Shown here: positions 47,677-60,224 of the stretch, piece after piece
Numbering within the stretch: the stretch's first letter is position 1
Layout: each line of letters opens with the position of its first letter
Assembly (NCBI GenBank): GCA_963698075.1
Contig: OY969116.1
Coordinates: 734,131 to 798,130, forward strand
DNA length: 64,000 nucleotides
Direction: 5' to 3'
DNA from: an uncultured Candidatus Berkelbacteria bacterium
Lineage (GTDB): Bacteria > Patescibacteriota > UBA1384 > UBA12157 > JAENIV01
Position numbers and translations under genes: made by a program
Notes under the pieces: model-generated
The model's database searches: none
Told to the model about the DNA's origin: nothing
The model's input: only the letters and a program-made list of their open reading frames with translations

Positions 47677-47889
47677 TCAAATATAGGTTAAAATTACCCA
47701 GATTGTCAATAAAATAAGGATAATAGAGAGAACTGTGATCATTAAACATTGTTTTGGCGTTTTAGAGTTATAACTTTCGTGATTTTTTTTAAGGCAAAAC
47801 CAAAAAATAAAACCAATTGAGGCCAAACTAAAAATAAACAATAGCCAATCAAACCATGGCAATCCGAAAAAAGACAAATTTGCCATCAT
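47677..47889 (-). CDS. 70-aa two-TM peptide
   Basis: SD AGGAGG; two hydrophobic segments. Confidence 0.65.
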   Translation of the reverse strand: MMANLSFFGLPWFDWLLFIFSLASIGFIFWFCLKKNHESYNSKTPKQCLMITVLSIILILLTIWVILTYI

Positions 47890-47950
47890 CCCCTCCTAAA
47901 ACAATAACAATTATACCACTTCCGTATCACAACGGGAACTTCCGACGCAA

Positions 47951-48517
47951 TTATTGATTTACCATTAAGTAATTTAATTGATTTGTTTGAGTGCACCAAC
48001 CGAAAGTTGCTTCTTTGCCAATTTGGATATCTGATTGAGAAATTTTTTGACCTTGAGCATTATAAGCATCTACCGAGGAAGTATAAAAGGTCGTTGTGCC
48101 TGTTTTACCTGCTTCTTCCCAGTTAATTGTTATTGAAACATTTGGCTGGATGGCAGCGACGGTACCAGTACCGGTACCAACAGCCGGAGCTGGCCCTGGG
48201 CAAGCTCCTGATGATTTTGGTGTTGATGTTGTAGGGGAAGCAGTGTTTATAGGCGAGGGAGTTATTGAAACTGATTTAACCGGACTTGGGCTCGGGCTGG
48301 GGGTTTTATTTTTAGAATTATTGTGTAAAACCAGTACCATTGCCAGGATAATGCCGATAATGGGAATCGCTAGGATATAAATTAGAATCCGAATTACAAC
48401 CCAAACTGATTTGTTTGGATCTTTTTGTTGAGATGGTTGATTTTGATTTGGGATTTGATCCTGAGGGGAGGGATAAATATTTTGATTGGGATTTTGAGGT
48501 GATGGTTGTTGATTCAC
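47951..48517 (-). CDS. Single-TM protein with Q/P-rich N-terminus and S/T/P-rich linker
   Basis: GTG start with SD AGGAG; TM helix, PS/PT stalk, small C-terminal domain with two Cys. Confidence 0.75.
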   Translation of the reverse strand: MNQQPSPQNPNQNIYPSPQDQIPNQNQPSQQKDPNKSVWVVIRILIYILAIPIIGIILAMVLVLHNNSKNKTPSPSPSPVKSVSITPSPINTASPTTSTPKSSGACPGPAPAVGTGTGTVAAIQPNVSITINWEEAGKTGTTTFYTSSVDAYNAQGQKISQSDIQIGKEATFGWCTQTNQLNYLMVNQ

Positions 48518-48537
48518 AATGTCTCCTTAAAAAGTTT

Positions 48538-49497
48538 TTATATCTTCAATCCCATCTTTTCTTTAATTTCTCGGATATTTTTTTGGGCATCGACGGCCAG
48601 CTTTTCCGCGCCGTCTTTAAGGATCTTTTTTACCTCTTCATCAGTTATTTCTGAGCGGCGTTTTTGGATTGGCGATAGCTCTTTTATTATAGCTTCCGCC
48701 AGCTCTGGTTTCAATTCAGAATATTTAATTGTCCCTTGACGCCGGGCTTCCCAATAATGATCCGCGCGCTCTTTTCCGGCAAAAATTTCGATCAAGCCAA
48801 TGAGATTTTTAGTGCCATTACTAATTTCCGGTTCATTACCTTGGTCAGTGGTCGCAGCAGAAATTTTTTGGCGGATAGCATTGGGATTATCGTTTAAACC
48901 AATATAAGTCGAGGGAGCATTGGATTTAGACATTTTTCCTTGACCATCTAATCCTAAAATTCTTTTGGCCGGCGCCAATAAAACTTTCGGCTCGGGGAAA
49001 GTTTGGCCGAATTTTTGATTAAACCGCCGGGATAAATCTCGCGCCAATTCCACATGTTGTACCTGATCTTCACCAACCGGCACGCCTTCGGCTTTATAAA
49101 TTAAAATATCGGCGGCCATGAGTACTGGGTAATCAAAAAGCCCGACTCGTTGTTCATATTTCTCACTTTTTTCCTTGTATTGAGTCATCCTTTGGAGTTC
49201 TCCCATGGTGGTTATCGTATTTAAAAGCCAGGCCAATTCCGTGTGTTCCGGCCGATCAGATTGCAGGAATAGTATCGACTTTGTTGGGTCAATACCGATT
49301 GCCAGTAAATCTTTAGCGGCATCAATAATTCGCTTAGGCAATTCTTTCGGAGAATAGTCAACCGTAATCGCATGGTAATCAACAACACAAAAGATACAAC
49401 TATTCTCCTTTTGTAAATCTACCCAGTTTTTCATCGCCCCCAGATAATTGCCAATATGGAATTCGCCCGAAGGCTGAATCCCAGAGAAAATACGCAT
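48538..49497 (-). CDS. trpS: Tryptophan--tRNA ligase
   Basis: SGIQPSG..HIGNY, YPVLMAADIL, VPVGEDQ and KMSKS motifs. Confidence 0.97.
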   Translation of the reverse strand: MRIFSGIQPSGEFHIGNYLGAMKNWVDLQKENSCIFCVVDYHAITVDYSPKELPKRIIDAAKDLLAIGIDPTKSILFLQSDRPEHTELAWLLNTITTMGELQRMTQYKEKSEKYEQRVGLFDYPVLMAADILIYKAEGVPVGEDQVQHVELARDLSRRFNQKFGQTFPEPKVLLAPAKRILGLDGQGKMSKSNAPSTYIGLNDNPNAIRQKISAATTDQGNEPEISNGTKNLIGLIEIFAGKERADHYWEARRQGTIKYSELKPELAEAIIKELSPIQKRRSEITDEEVKKILKDGAEKLAVDAQKNIREIKEKMGLKI

Positions 49498-49571
49498 AAT
49501 TTTTACCTCACCTTGATTCTATGTCAATTATGACTTGATTTCAAGAAAGGGCTGGTGTATGATTTCGGGTT

Positions 49572-50519
49572 ATGAAAAGAATTGAAAAAACTATCCTTAA
49601 AACTCTTGTTTATTTTGATATTTTAAACCGACCGTTAATTTTGGATGAAATCTGGCATTACCTTTATCAAGAAAAGGCCAGTAAATTGCAGGTTTTTATG
49701 GGGCTCAAAAGTCTCTTGAGCAAAAAGGTTATTGGGCAAGAAACCTCGCCTAAGAGCGGTCACATCTATTATTTTTTAAATGGACGGAAAGAGATAGTGC
49801 CTGAATATTTTACCAATTTCTCAATTTCTCAAAAACGCTGGCAAAAGGTGGACAAGGTTTTAAAAATAATCCGTCTGGCGCCATTTGTGAAAATGATCGC
49901 CGTCATTAATTCGCTCTCTTATAATAATTCAAATGAAGATTCCGATATTGATATCCTTATGGTTACCAAAGGGGGACGGCTTTGGACGGCAAGGACCTTG
50001 ACGATATTATTGCTCGAAATTATCGGTCAAAATAAGGATCAATGGTACAAAGCCGGCAAAATCTGTCTTGGCTTTGCTTTTGATGAAAGTCGTCTTGATA
50101 TGGGAAAGATTAAATTAAATCTGCCAGCCGGCGGAGACATTGATTTTATTTACTGGTTAGCAAATTTAACGCCCGTTTACGACCGGGGGATTTATCGTGA
50201 TTTTATCAAGGCGAATCATTGGTTACATCAAGAATTACCGAATTGGCAACCCAAGGAACTAAAAACTGAAGACGTAAAACTTAAAACAGCAGAAAAAATA
50301 TTCTTAGGGAAATTCGGAGAGAGTTTAGAAAAATGGTTGGCAAAAATCCAGATTAATCGTATCTGGCACGACCCAAAAAATAAACGCCAGGGCACTTCAG
50401 TAATCGCCGATCCGGGGATGATGAAGCTTCATCCTTACGATAAAAGAGCGGAACGTCAAAAAGCCTGGGAAAAGAAGATTATGGCACTTGACAAAAAAAT
50501 CAAAAATCGATTAAAATGA
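49572..50519 (+). CDS. Nucleotidyltransferase-domain hypothetical protein
   Basis: NSLSY...DSDIDIL pol-beta-like motif. Confidence 0.6.
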   Translation: MKRIEKTILKTLVYFDILNRPLILDEIWHYLYQEKASKLQVFMGLKSLLSKKVIGQETSPKSGHIYYFLNGRKEIVPEYFTNFSISQKRWQKVDKVLKIIRLAPFVKMIAVINSLSYNNSNEDSDIDILMVTKGGRLWTARTLTILLLEIIGQNKDQWYKAGKICLGFAFDESRLDMGKIKLNLPAGGDIDFIYWLANLTPVYDRGIYRDFIKANHWLHQELPNWQPKELKTEDVKLKTAEKIFLGKFGESLEKWLAKIQINRIWHDPKNKRQGTSVIADPGMMKLHPYDKRAERQKAWEKKIMALDKKIKNRLK

Positions 50520-50627
50520 AATGTGATGGAAGCGTGGTTATCCCCCTTCCCGCTTCCATCATAACTTTAAGGTAGGCACTTGAAGTTTTTTTATGCTTAA
50601 TGTAAAATAATTAGTCAAAGGAGTTTT

Positions 50628-50921
50628 ATGCCAAGCATGCAAATTCAACCTTTAGCCGACCGCGTGGTCGTGAAACCCTTGGAGCAAGAATCAAAAACTA
50701 AATCAGGCATCATTATTCCTGATACGGCCAAAGAAAAGTCGCAAAAAGGAAAAGTTTTGGCCAAGGGGCCGGGAAAATATGAAGAGGGCAAGTTGGTGCC
50801 GCTTTCGGTTAAAATTGGTGACGTGGTTTTGTATAAAGAATATGGCGGCGATGAAATAAAATTGGATGGCGAAGAAGTGATGATTTTAAAAGAAGAAGAT
50901 ATCCTCGCAATTTTAGAATAA
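50628..50921 (+). CDS. groES: Co-chaperonin GroES
   Basis: [20 protein letters not shown] and EEDILAI motifs. Confidence 0.97.
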   Translation: MPSMQIQPLADRVVVKPLEQESKTKSGIIIPDTAKEKSQKGKVLAKGPGKYEEGKLVPLSVKIGDVVLYKEYGGDEIKLDGEEVMILKEEDILAILE

Positions 50922-50979
50922 TTGCGAAATTTCAAATTATAAATTCTAAATTTTAAATTAAATTGAAATTTCTAATTGA

Positions 50980-52650
<1,671 letters not shown>

Positions 52651-52892
52651 GAGAATATAGCCTCGGGTCGCCCCCGTTCGCATCCAGCCACCCTAGCCAA
52701 CCTAGGCTCGAACTTCGTTCGAGCCACCGGCATTCGCTCAGGGGGCATCCCCTCGGCTCATAAAGATAATAAGAAATAAAGAAGACCGCTCGAAAGGGCG
52801 GTTTTCTTGATATGAAAAAGGCCGACCCCTGTATCGGAAGGGTCGACCCTGTGTGACAGATTGGCACCCTGCTGGGCATAGTCAGTTGATTC

Positions 52893-53180
52893 TCAGAGTC
52901 GAGCTTCAACTCGTTTGGCTTTCCTTCGTGCAGCCTTCCTGATTTCAGAGGCTAAACCATTGGCCATCGCCTGGAGCCTGGGTGTCGAGATGCCGGTTCC
53001 GACTAAGATTGACTCAGCCTTGCTGGCTGTATGTTCTCCGATATCACGGATAGCTTGTGGCATGGTGCAAGGGATGTAGCTATCGCGGCGACGAACGAAG
53101 TCAGGATCCTTATGGGGATTCCACCTGGCGGTTGCTCGGCGGACCTTCTTCATGACAGATTCAACCTTCTGCATGGTCAT
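52893..53180 (-). CDS. GC-rich basic orphan protein
   Basis: 95 aa, SD AGGAG; TTGACA (53227-32) and TATAAT promoter elements upstream. Confidence 0.65.
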   Translation of the reverse strand: MTMQKVESVMKKVRRATARWNPHKDPDFVRRRDSYIPCTMPQAIRDIGEHTASKAESILVGTGISTPRLQAMANGLASEIRKAARRKAKRVEARL

Positions 53181-53245
53181 CTCCTGACAGCAGAGTGATT
53201 CAATTATATCAACAATACTTTTTTAATGTCAACTTATACCTCACC

Positions 53246-53272
53246 AACATAGATTAAAAATTAATCGATGTT
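53246..53272. promoter_or_regulatory. 27-bp 11-5-11 palindrome, copy 4
   Basis: AACATAGATTA-AAAAT-TAATCGATGTT. Confidence 0.75.
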
Positions 53273-53305
53273 TGGGAAAGGTCGTTTAAAAAAATACCAA
53301 AAAAT

Positions 53306-53554
53306 TTAAAAAAGATGTGAGAACGCGTCTTCGTTAAATTGATAAAAAGTTTTGTAGAGAGTTGGCTTGGCTTTTAAAAAATGATGTTTGGTAAAGCCGC
53401 GGCAATAATATTGCACCGCGCCGATTGACCACCTAAGATCAGAAGCAACTTGGGCTTGATAGAATTCTTTTTGCTCATCACAGTAGCGTAAAAATTGGGC
53501 TTTCTTTTTGCCAAAAAGGAACTCAAATTGGCCAGTGTCTTTGATTTTAATCAT
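53306..53554 (-). CDS. Small winged-helix DNA-binding-like protein
   Basis: FYQAQVASDLRWSIGAVQYYCRGF...FL...TFYQFN resembles an ArsR/MarR-type wHTH; SD AGGAGG. Confidence 0.65.
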   Translation of the reverse strand: MIKIKDTGQFEFLFGKKKAQFLRYCDEQKEFYQAQVASDLRWSIGAVQYYCRGFTKHHFLKAKPTLYKTFYQFNEDAFSHLF

Positions 53555-53571
53555 CGCAAAAACCTCCTTCG

Positions 53572-53598
53572 GACATAGATTAAAAATTAAGTTATGTT
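53572..53598. promoter_or_regulatory. 27-bp 11-5-11 palindrome, copy 5
   Basis: GACATAGATTA-AAAAT-TAAGTTATGTT, just upstream of the wHTH gene SD. Confidence 0.7.
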
Positions 53599-53637
53599 TC
53601 TTAAATCATCATCCAACGAGTCCATAAATTTGTCAAG

Positions 53638-53667
53638 CCCCGTTAGATAGCTTCGCATCAAACGGGG
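53638..53667. repeat. 11-8-11 palindrome
   Basis: CCCCGTTAGAT-agcttcgc-ATCAAACGGGG. Confidence 0.8.
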
Positions 53668-53756
53668 CGCAGACCCCGCAGACGACGCTCCTGCGTGATT
53701 GAACGTAGTTCAATAAGTCAGGAAGGAGTTGTGCTGGGGTCAAGCCCCGAAAATTT

Positions 53757-54080
53757 TTAAGCCAAGTTCGGTAGCTTGATTTTGTGTTTATCAATCACAT
53801 GGCCCTCGAGCTTTAATATCCGCTCTTTTTCTTTGGGCCCACGAGCATAACCGCCGAGATGACCATCAGAGCGGATAACCCGGTGGCAAGGGACGGGATC
53901 GAAATCCTCCAAAGGCAGTTGCCATTCGCGGGCGCGATAGTTGCGATTCAAAATTGACCCCACAGCCCGATAGGCCCGAGGGCTTCCAGCTTCGCGGGCA
54001 ACTTGAGAATAGGTCATCAACTTCCCTCTCGGGATTCTTGAGACAATATCCAGAACTCTTTTGGAGAAATCTTTGACCAT
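53757..54080 (-). CDS. ogt: Methylated-DNA--protein-cysteine methyltransferase family
   Basis: TYSQVA, RAVG and VPCHRVI (active Cys) motifs. Confidence 0.88.
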   Translation of the reverse strand: MVKDFSKRVLDIVSRIPRGKLMTYSQVAREAGSPRAYRAVGSILNRNYRAREWQLPLEDFDPVPCHRVIRSDGHLGGYARGPKEKERILKLEGHVIDKHKIKLPNLA

Positions 54081-54081
54081 A

Positions 54082-54588
54082 TTATGCCGGGACGCCGGCA
54101 GCACCGGTGGGCGGCTCGGCTACATCATCACTAAATATAATCGCCGTGTCAATTTTCTGGACTTTTTCTGAACCAAAAACCCGGGCGTCACCGAGGAGAT
54201 CTTTGAGATAATATTTTCCCACACACTGATTATCAGTATCAATGAGTAAATCTTCAACCACTCCCAAACCTTTTCCAGATTCAGTTTTGGCCCTCATCCC
54301 TAAAAGATTAATTTTTTTGTCAAGGATTTCTTTAATGCGAATGATTTCTTCCGCGCTCACAAGATTATCAATTGATTCAGTGACAATCCCCTTCGGATCC
54401 CAATCACGGATATCAGTGATGGAAAGTACTTTTTTAGGGCTAAAAATTCCTCCTGAAGAAACTAAAAATCCGAGCAAATTGCCGTTTTCAGGATCAACAA
54501 TAATTTGGCGGATTTCGCCAACCTTTGATTGAGTATCAGTCGCCGCTACGGGCATGCCAATAAGTTTTTTGGCTTCGATGTACATCAA
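54082..54588 (-). CDS. PRC-barrel domain protein
   Basis: Two repeats: LIGMPV...VGEI..IIVD and LLGMRA..ESG..LG.VEDLLID. Confidence 0.8.
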   Translation of the reverse strand: MMYIEAKKLIGMPVAATDTQSKVGEIRQIIVDPENGNLLGFLVSSGGIFSPKKVLSITDIRDWDPKGIVTESIDNLVSAEEIIRIKEILDKKINLLGMRAKTESGKGLGVVEDLLIDTDNQCVGKYYLKDLLGDARVFGSEKVQKIDTAIIFSDDVAEPPTGAAGVPA

Positions 54589-54701
54589 CTACATAATAAA
54601 CTAAAAACTTAAATGTTAAAACTTAAACTTGCAGCTTAAAACAAAAAAGAAAAATTCTTTTAAGCTTTTTCTTGAAGTTTTGAGTTTTGCGCTTTCAGCT
54701 T

Positions 54702-55262
54702 TTAGTTGCCCCGCTCAACATATTCCCCAGTTCTCGTATCAATCACAATTTTATCGCCGGTTTTGATAAAGAGAGGCACTTGGATTTGGGTGCCGGTTTC
54801 GAGCGTCGCCGGTTTGAGAACATTGGTGGCCGTATTGCCACGGAATCCCGGCTCAGTATAGGTCACTTCAAAGGTCATTTTGATGGGCAAGTTAATATTT
54901 ATCGGCTTGTCATCGAAATAGACGATATCGACTTCGCCGCCTTCTTTAAGAAAATCGGCGGTTTTATCCAATTGATTTTTAGCTAAAGAGAACTGCTCAA
55001 AAGTGGCCGAATCCATAAAGTAGTAACCATTGGTATCATGATATAAATACTGGGCCTTTTTGGTCTCAAGCTCGGCTTCCTCCAGTTTTTCCGCACCAGC
55101 AAAACTTTTTTCAATAATCGTGCCAGAAATTAGATTGCGTAGTTTCGTCCGCATAATTCCGCCGCCGCGACCGAGTTTTGAGTGCTGGGAAAATACCACC
55201 ACCATGGGCTGGTCATTAAAAATGATTTTACTCCCAATTTTGAGATCGTTGATGCTAAGCAT
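54702..55262 (-). CDS. efp: Elongation factor P
   Basis: PGFRGNTA, KPATLETG, VPLFI and DTRTGEYVER motifs. Confidence 0.97.
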   Translation of the reverse strand: MLSINDLKIGSKIIFNDQPMVVVFSQHSKLGRGGGIMRTKLRNLISGTIIEKSFAGAEKLEEAELETKKAQYLYHDTNGYYFMDSATFEQFSLAKNQLDKTADFLKEGGEVDIVYFDDKPININLPIKMTFEVTYTEPGFRGNTATNVLKPATLETGTQIQVPLFIKTGDKIVIDTRTGEYVERGN

Positions 55263-55279
55263 AACTTTAGAGTTTCCGC

Positions 55280-55504
55280 CTATTGGCGGACATACGGCAT
55301 CAGCGCCATAAACCGGGACCGTTTGATGGCATCGGTAAGCATTCGCTGATGTCGAGCGCAGTTTCCGGTATCACGGGCCGGTTTAATTTTGGACCAGGCC
55401 GTTAAATATTTGGTCAAAGTGTTAGTATCACGAAAATCAATATAATCGATTTTTTTTCGACAAAACTGACACTGTCTTTTTCTAAATGTAAATTGTCTGG
55501 GCAT
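55280..55504 (-). CDS. rpsR: 30S ribosomal protein S18 (zinc-binding form)
   Basis: CQFC...IDF...TGNCARHQR...AIKRSR.MALMPY. Confidence 0.96.
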   Translation of the reverse strand: MPRQFTFRKRQCQFCRKKIDYIDFRDTNTLTKYLTAWSKIKPARDTGNCARHQRMLTDAIKRSRFMALMPYVRQ

Positions 55505-55520
55505 ATTGCTTTACGCTTTT

Positions 55521-56598
<1,078 letters not shown>

Positions 56599-56684
56599 GA
56601 GTCGCTTCGCTCCATTACGAACTACAAATCTTGTTACAAATATACGAATAAATCATAGCATAGGGAGGGAAATTAAGCAATACT

Positions 56685-57542
56685 TTAGACATTAAACTTA
56701 AAGTGAACAATATCACCGTCTTGGACGGTGTAATCTTTGCCTTCGGTGTGAAGTTTGCCGTTTTCGCGAGCTTCCTGCCAGCCGCCACATGATGTGAGAT
56801 CAACATAATGGCAGACATCAGCGGCAATGAAGCCGCGTTCCATGTCGGTATGAACCTTGCCAGCAGCTTGAGGGGCTTTGGTGTTGGCTAAAATTGGCCA
56901 GGCCTGAATTTGCTGGTGAGGGATTAAAGTGTAGAAAGTGATAAGATTGAGTAATTTATAGGACTCTTGGATTAGGCGCACCAATCCCGATTGACCGAGG
57001 CCGAAAGATTCTAAGTATTGTTTGGCCTCGTTATCGGATAAATCAGTAATTTCTTCCTCCATTTTAGCGCAGATAATAATAGTATCATCATCCTGCGCAA
57101 TTTTGTTGAGATTTGCTTCGGCAACGTTTAAAACATACAATGTCGGTTTTTTGATATTCGCGAGTTCGAGTTCAATATTAATAGTTTCTTTGGCATCAGC
57201 CGGATTTGAATCTTCGGAAAAGTTGTCAATTACGTGGATAATGGCGTCAACTTCGCTAATATGGCTTAAAAATTCATTGCCCAATCCCTCACCGCGGTGC
57301 GCATTTTCAACCAATCCGGCAATATCAATAAATTTGACCGTCGCCGGGATTTTTTTGGGCAATTTTAATATTGCGGCAATCTTATCAAGCCGTTCATCCG
57401 GCACTTCGACCATCCCGACATTCGGGTCGATAGTGGTAAACGGATAATCCGCCACCTTGGCTTGGTGGCCTTTGACTAAGGCGTTAAAAAGTGTCGATTT
57501 TCCAACATTCGGAAGCCCGACGATGCCTATACTTAATGACAT
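56685..57542 (-). CDS. ychF: YchF/Ola1 ATPase (short form)
   Basis: GIVGLPNVGKSTLFN, DIAGLV, HTDMERGFI and EGKDY.VQDGD motifs. Confidence 0.92.
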   Translation of the reverse strand: MSLSIGIVGLPNVGKSTLFNALVKGHQAKVADYPFTTIDPNVGMVEVPDERLDKIAAILKLPKKIPATVKFIDIAGLVENAHRGEGLGNEFLSHISEVDAIIHVIDNFSEDSNPADAKETINIELELANIKKPTLYVLNVAEANLNKIAQDDDTIIICAKMEEEITDLSDNEAKQYLESFGLGQSGLVRLIQESYKLLNLITFYTLIPHQQIQAWPILANTKAPQAAGKVHTDMERGFIAADVCHYVDLTSCGGWQEARENGKLHTEGKDYTVQDGDIVHFKFNV

Positions 57543-57629
57543 AGCACAATTATAGCGTATTTTAACCTATAGATAAAGAAGAGGGTGACGGGACAGATCC
57601 CGTCACCCCACGCGGCTGTGATCAGGCGG

Positions 57630-58010
57630 CTAGCTCAGGATGTGTGCTCGCAGATCTTCTGCGCGGGTAGTCCAACCCTTCCCGATCCAGATGACCTTCC
57701 CATCCGGAATGAAACCTGTCCAGACGGCGACTCGCATCCTCGGGTAGCGAGCCGCCATCTCCTCGGCTGTCCGTTCCATATCGCGGCTGACGAAGACTAT
57801 CGCGCTCACTCCCGTGCCTGTCTGGATGCGGTGCTCCGCCTCCTTGGCGGTGGCGAAAATCTCCACATCTGCCGCTTTCTGCGTACCGCCATGTAGGGCA
57901 GGCACTTCTGCCTCGAGCGTTTCCTGGAGATACTTGACCTGCAGTTCGTAGTCTTCGGGCGTTGCTTGCCCCCACTGTCCTTCCTTTACGATCAGAACGG
58001 TCGGTATCAT
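57630..58010 (-). CDS. GC-rich orphan, degenerate receiver-like alpha/beta fold
   Basis: ATG 58010 with SD AAAGGAGG; VLIV / AIVFVS / VAVWTG strand pattern. Confidence 0.6.
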   Translation of the reverse strand: MIPTVLIVKEGQWGQATPEDYELQVKYLQETLEAEVPALHGGTQKAADVEIFATAKEAEHRIQTGTGVSAIVFVSRDMERTAEEMAARYPRMRVAVWTGFIPDGKVIWIGKGWTTRAEDLRAHILS

Positions 58011-58226
58011 GCCGTCCTCCTTTCCGTGGTGATACAACAGCTAATTGTATATTAAAACCTTTACAAATTCAAGAGAGTATTAAAAAAAGGACTCTCTAAG
58101 TCCGAAACTCATAGGTCAATTATACCTGAAAACCTAATAAAATCCAACAGCTCAAGACGTGAGCCATTGACAAAATTTTCAGATAAACTAGTATAGATTA
58201 AAATACTCAAAAATGGGTAATCGAAA

Positions 58227-59402
58227 ATGGCTAAATCAAATCTTAATCAAGCTTTAACCTTTGATGACGTGTTGCTTTTGCCCGGCTACACTGATTTTAC
58301 GCGCAAGGAAATTAATCTTTCCACTAATCTGACAAAAAAACTCAAAATCGCCCTGCCGCTGGTTTCAGCGCCAATGGATAAAGTCACTGAAAACCGTCTG
58401 GCCATCGCTTTGGGAAAACTTGGCGGCATTGGCATTATCCATCGCAATTTATCCGTCAAAGATCAGGCGCGAGAAGTTGCCAAAGTCAAAAGTCAAAACC
58501 TGCTCGTGGGGGCCGCCATCAGCTCGCAACCCGGGTTCGACGAACGCACCGAAGCTTTGATTCGGGCAAAAACCGATTGCATTGTCATTGATTCGGCCCA
58601 TGGGTTTTCCAAATTTGTGATTGATTGTCTTAAAACCATTAAGAAAAAATATCCTCGGTTACAAGTCATTGCCGGAAACGTCGCCACTTATGACGGCGCG
58701 CGGGCATTAGTCAATGCCGGCGCTGATGGTTTACGTGTTGGCATGGGGCCGGGCTCAATTTGCTCAACGCGCGTGATTTCCGGGATGGGGGTGCCGCAAA
58801 TCACCGCTTTATTGGAAACTTCACGGGCTGCCAAAACGCGCAAGATTCCCGTGATTGCTGACGGCGGGATTCAATTTTCCGGCTGCATTGTCAAAGCCCT
58901 GGCCGCCGGCGCCTCATCGGTAATGATGGGCTCGATGTTTGCCCAAACTGTGGAATCGCCGGGCAAGGTGGTTTTCTTAGACTATTCCCATGTCCCTTCA
59001 AGATTTAAAAGCATTTGGAATAATAATGCGAATCATGCGGGTCATCAGCGAACAAATAAATATCCTTTTAAAGAATACCGCGGCATGGGCTCAATCGGAG
59101 CGATGCAGGAGGGCATTAAAATTAAATCCGAAGACGAATTTCACAATAAAGAATATCCGAAAAAGAAGAATGGTCATTTGATTGCCGAAGGCATTGAAGG
59201 TTTGGTGCCGGTAAAGGGCTCGTTAAGTGAATTAGTCGAACAGCTCATCGGTGGGGTCAAATCAGGATTTTATTATGTTGGCAGCCGGACTATCCCTGAG
59301 CTTTGGCAAAAAGCGCGGTTTATTCAAATTACCCCGGCCTCTTTGGCAGAAAGTCATCCTCATGATATTTTAATTACTAACCCGGGGAAAAATTATTTGT
59401 AG
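58227..59402 (+). CDS. guaB: IMP dehydrogenase lacking CBS domains
   Basis: LTFDDVLL, VGMGPGSICSTR, ADGGI and YRGMGS motifs. Confidence 0.93.
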   Translation: MAKSNLNQALTFDDVLLLPGYTDFTRKEINLSTNLTKKLKIALPLVSAPMDKVTENRLAIALGKLGGIGIIHRNLSVKDQAREVAKVKSQNLLVGAAISSQPGFDERTEALIRAKTDCIVIDSAHGFSKFVIDCLKTIKKKYPRLQVIAGNVATYDGARALVNAGADGLRVGMGPGSICSTRVISGMGVPQITALLETSRAAKTRKIPVIADGGIQFSGCIVKALAAGASSVMMGSMFAQTVESPGKVVFLDYSHVPSRFKSIWNNNANHAGHQRTNKYPFKEYRGMGSIGAMQEGIKIKSEDEFHNKEYPKKKNGHLIAEGIEGLVPVKGSLSELVEQLIGGVKSGFYYVGSRTIPELWQKARFIQITPASLAESHPHDILITNPGKNYL

Positions 59403-59504
59403 TTCTCTCACTTGACAAGTTGGACTCATCCAAGATATTTTGAACTTGACCTCATCGGTTCTCTTCAAAACGATGAGGTAGCACTCCACAGGAGGAAGAC
59501 GGTA

Positions 59505-60224
59505 GTGACCAAACAAGAAATGGTCCGTCGAATCATCGAGGCTAAGGGTCTCGAAATCCATGATGTCGACGCCGGCGAAGAGGCATTTCTTTACGCCTCA
59601 GGAAACTGGGGTCCGATCTATGTTTCGATCAAGGGACTCGTCTCTGTTGTTAAGCCGGTCAAACTGATAGAGGTGCTGACTGCTCACTTGGCGGTGAAGG
59701 TTGCCGAGGCCGTACCTAACATGGACTTTCTGGCGGCCAACGTTAGCGGCGGAATGGTGCCTGGCTGGAATCTGGCAGAGATGTTGGAGCCTTTCCTTGG
59801 TCGACCAGTGCCTTACGTCTATGTCCGCGAGACGAGAAAGAAGGGCGGTCAGAAGGAGCTTATTACCGGGTTGGCGACTAATCCTGATCTTACGCCAGGC
59901 ATGAATTGTCTGATTCATGAAGAGCTAGTCAACTTCGCTGAGACGACGATCAATAGTGCCTCGGCGATGCGTGCCGCTGGCTACGTAGTTACCCATGCTT
60001 CCACGATTCTTTACTACGACAATCCGGTCGCCAATGCCAATCTGAAGGAAGAGGGAATCGAGATGATTGCTCTTCTGACGATGCCAGAACTCATCGATAT
60101 CGCCGAGCAAGACGGACTACGCACTCCTCGTCAGATTGCCGCCTATCGCGAGTTCAAAGATGATCCTCTTGGCTGGCAGGCGAAGCGAGGACTCAAGCCA
60201 GTCGCGAGTGGAGGAACTCAATGA
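59505..60224 (+). CDS. pyrE: Orotate phosphoribosyltransferase-like
   Basis: FLYASG..PIY, YVR..RKKGG and PRPP loop LIHEELVNFAET; GTG start with SD AGGAGG; coupled to pyrF. Confidence 0.8.
   Translation: MTKQEMVRRIIEAKGLEIHDVDAGEEAFLYASGNWGPIYVSIKGLVSVVKPVKLIEVLTAHLAVKVAEAVPNMDFLAANVSGGMVPGWNLAEMLEPFLGRPVPYVYVRETRKKGGQKELITGLATNPDLTPGMNCLIHEELVNFAETTINSASAMRAAGYVVTHASTILYYDNPVANANLKEEGIEMIALLTMPELIDIAEQDGLRTPRQIAAYREFKDDPLGWQAKRGLKPVASGGTQ

Noticed and set aside
50573-50599. CIRCE element upstream of groES
   Set aside because: Only a partial match to TTAGCACTC-N9-GAGTGCTAA; too degenerate to call.
53572-53601. Chromosomal dif site
   Set aside because: TTATGTT resembles the XerD arm, but the symmetry is 11-5-11 and there are five copies; kept only as an alternative hypothesis.
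53672-53741. SRP or 6S RNA
   Set aside because: The long hairpin contains CAGGAAGG but lacks the SRP helix-8 pattern CAGG-N-CCGGAAGG-AGCAG and is too short for 6S.
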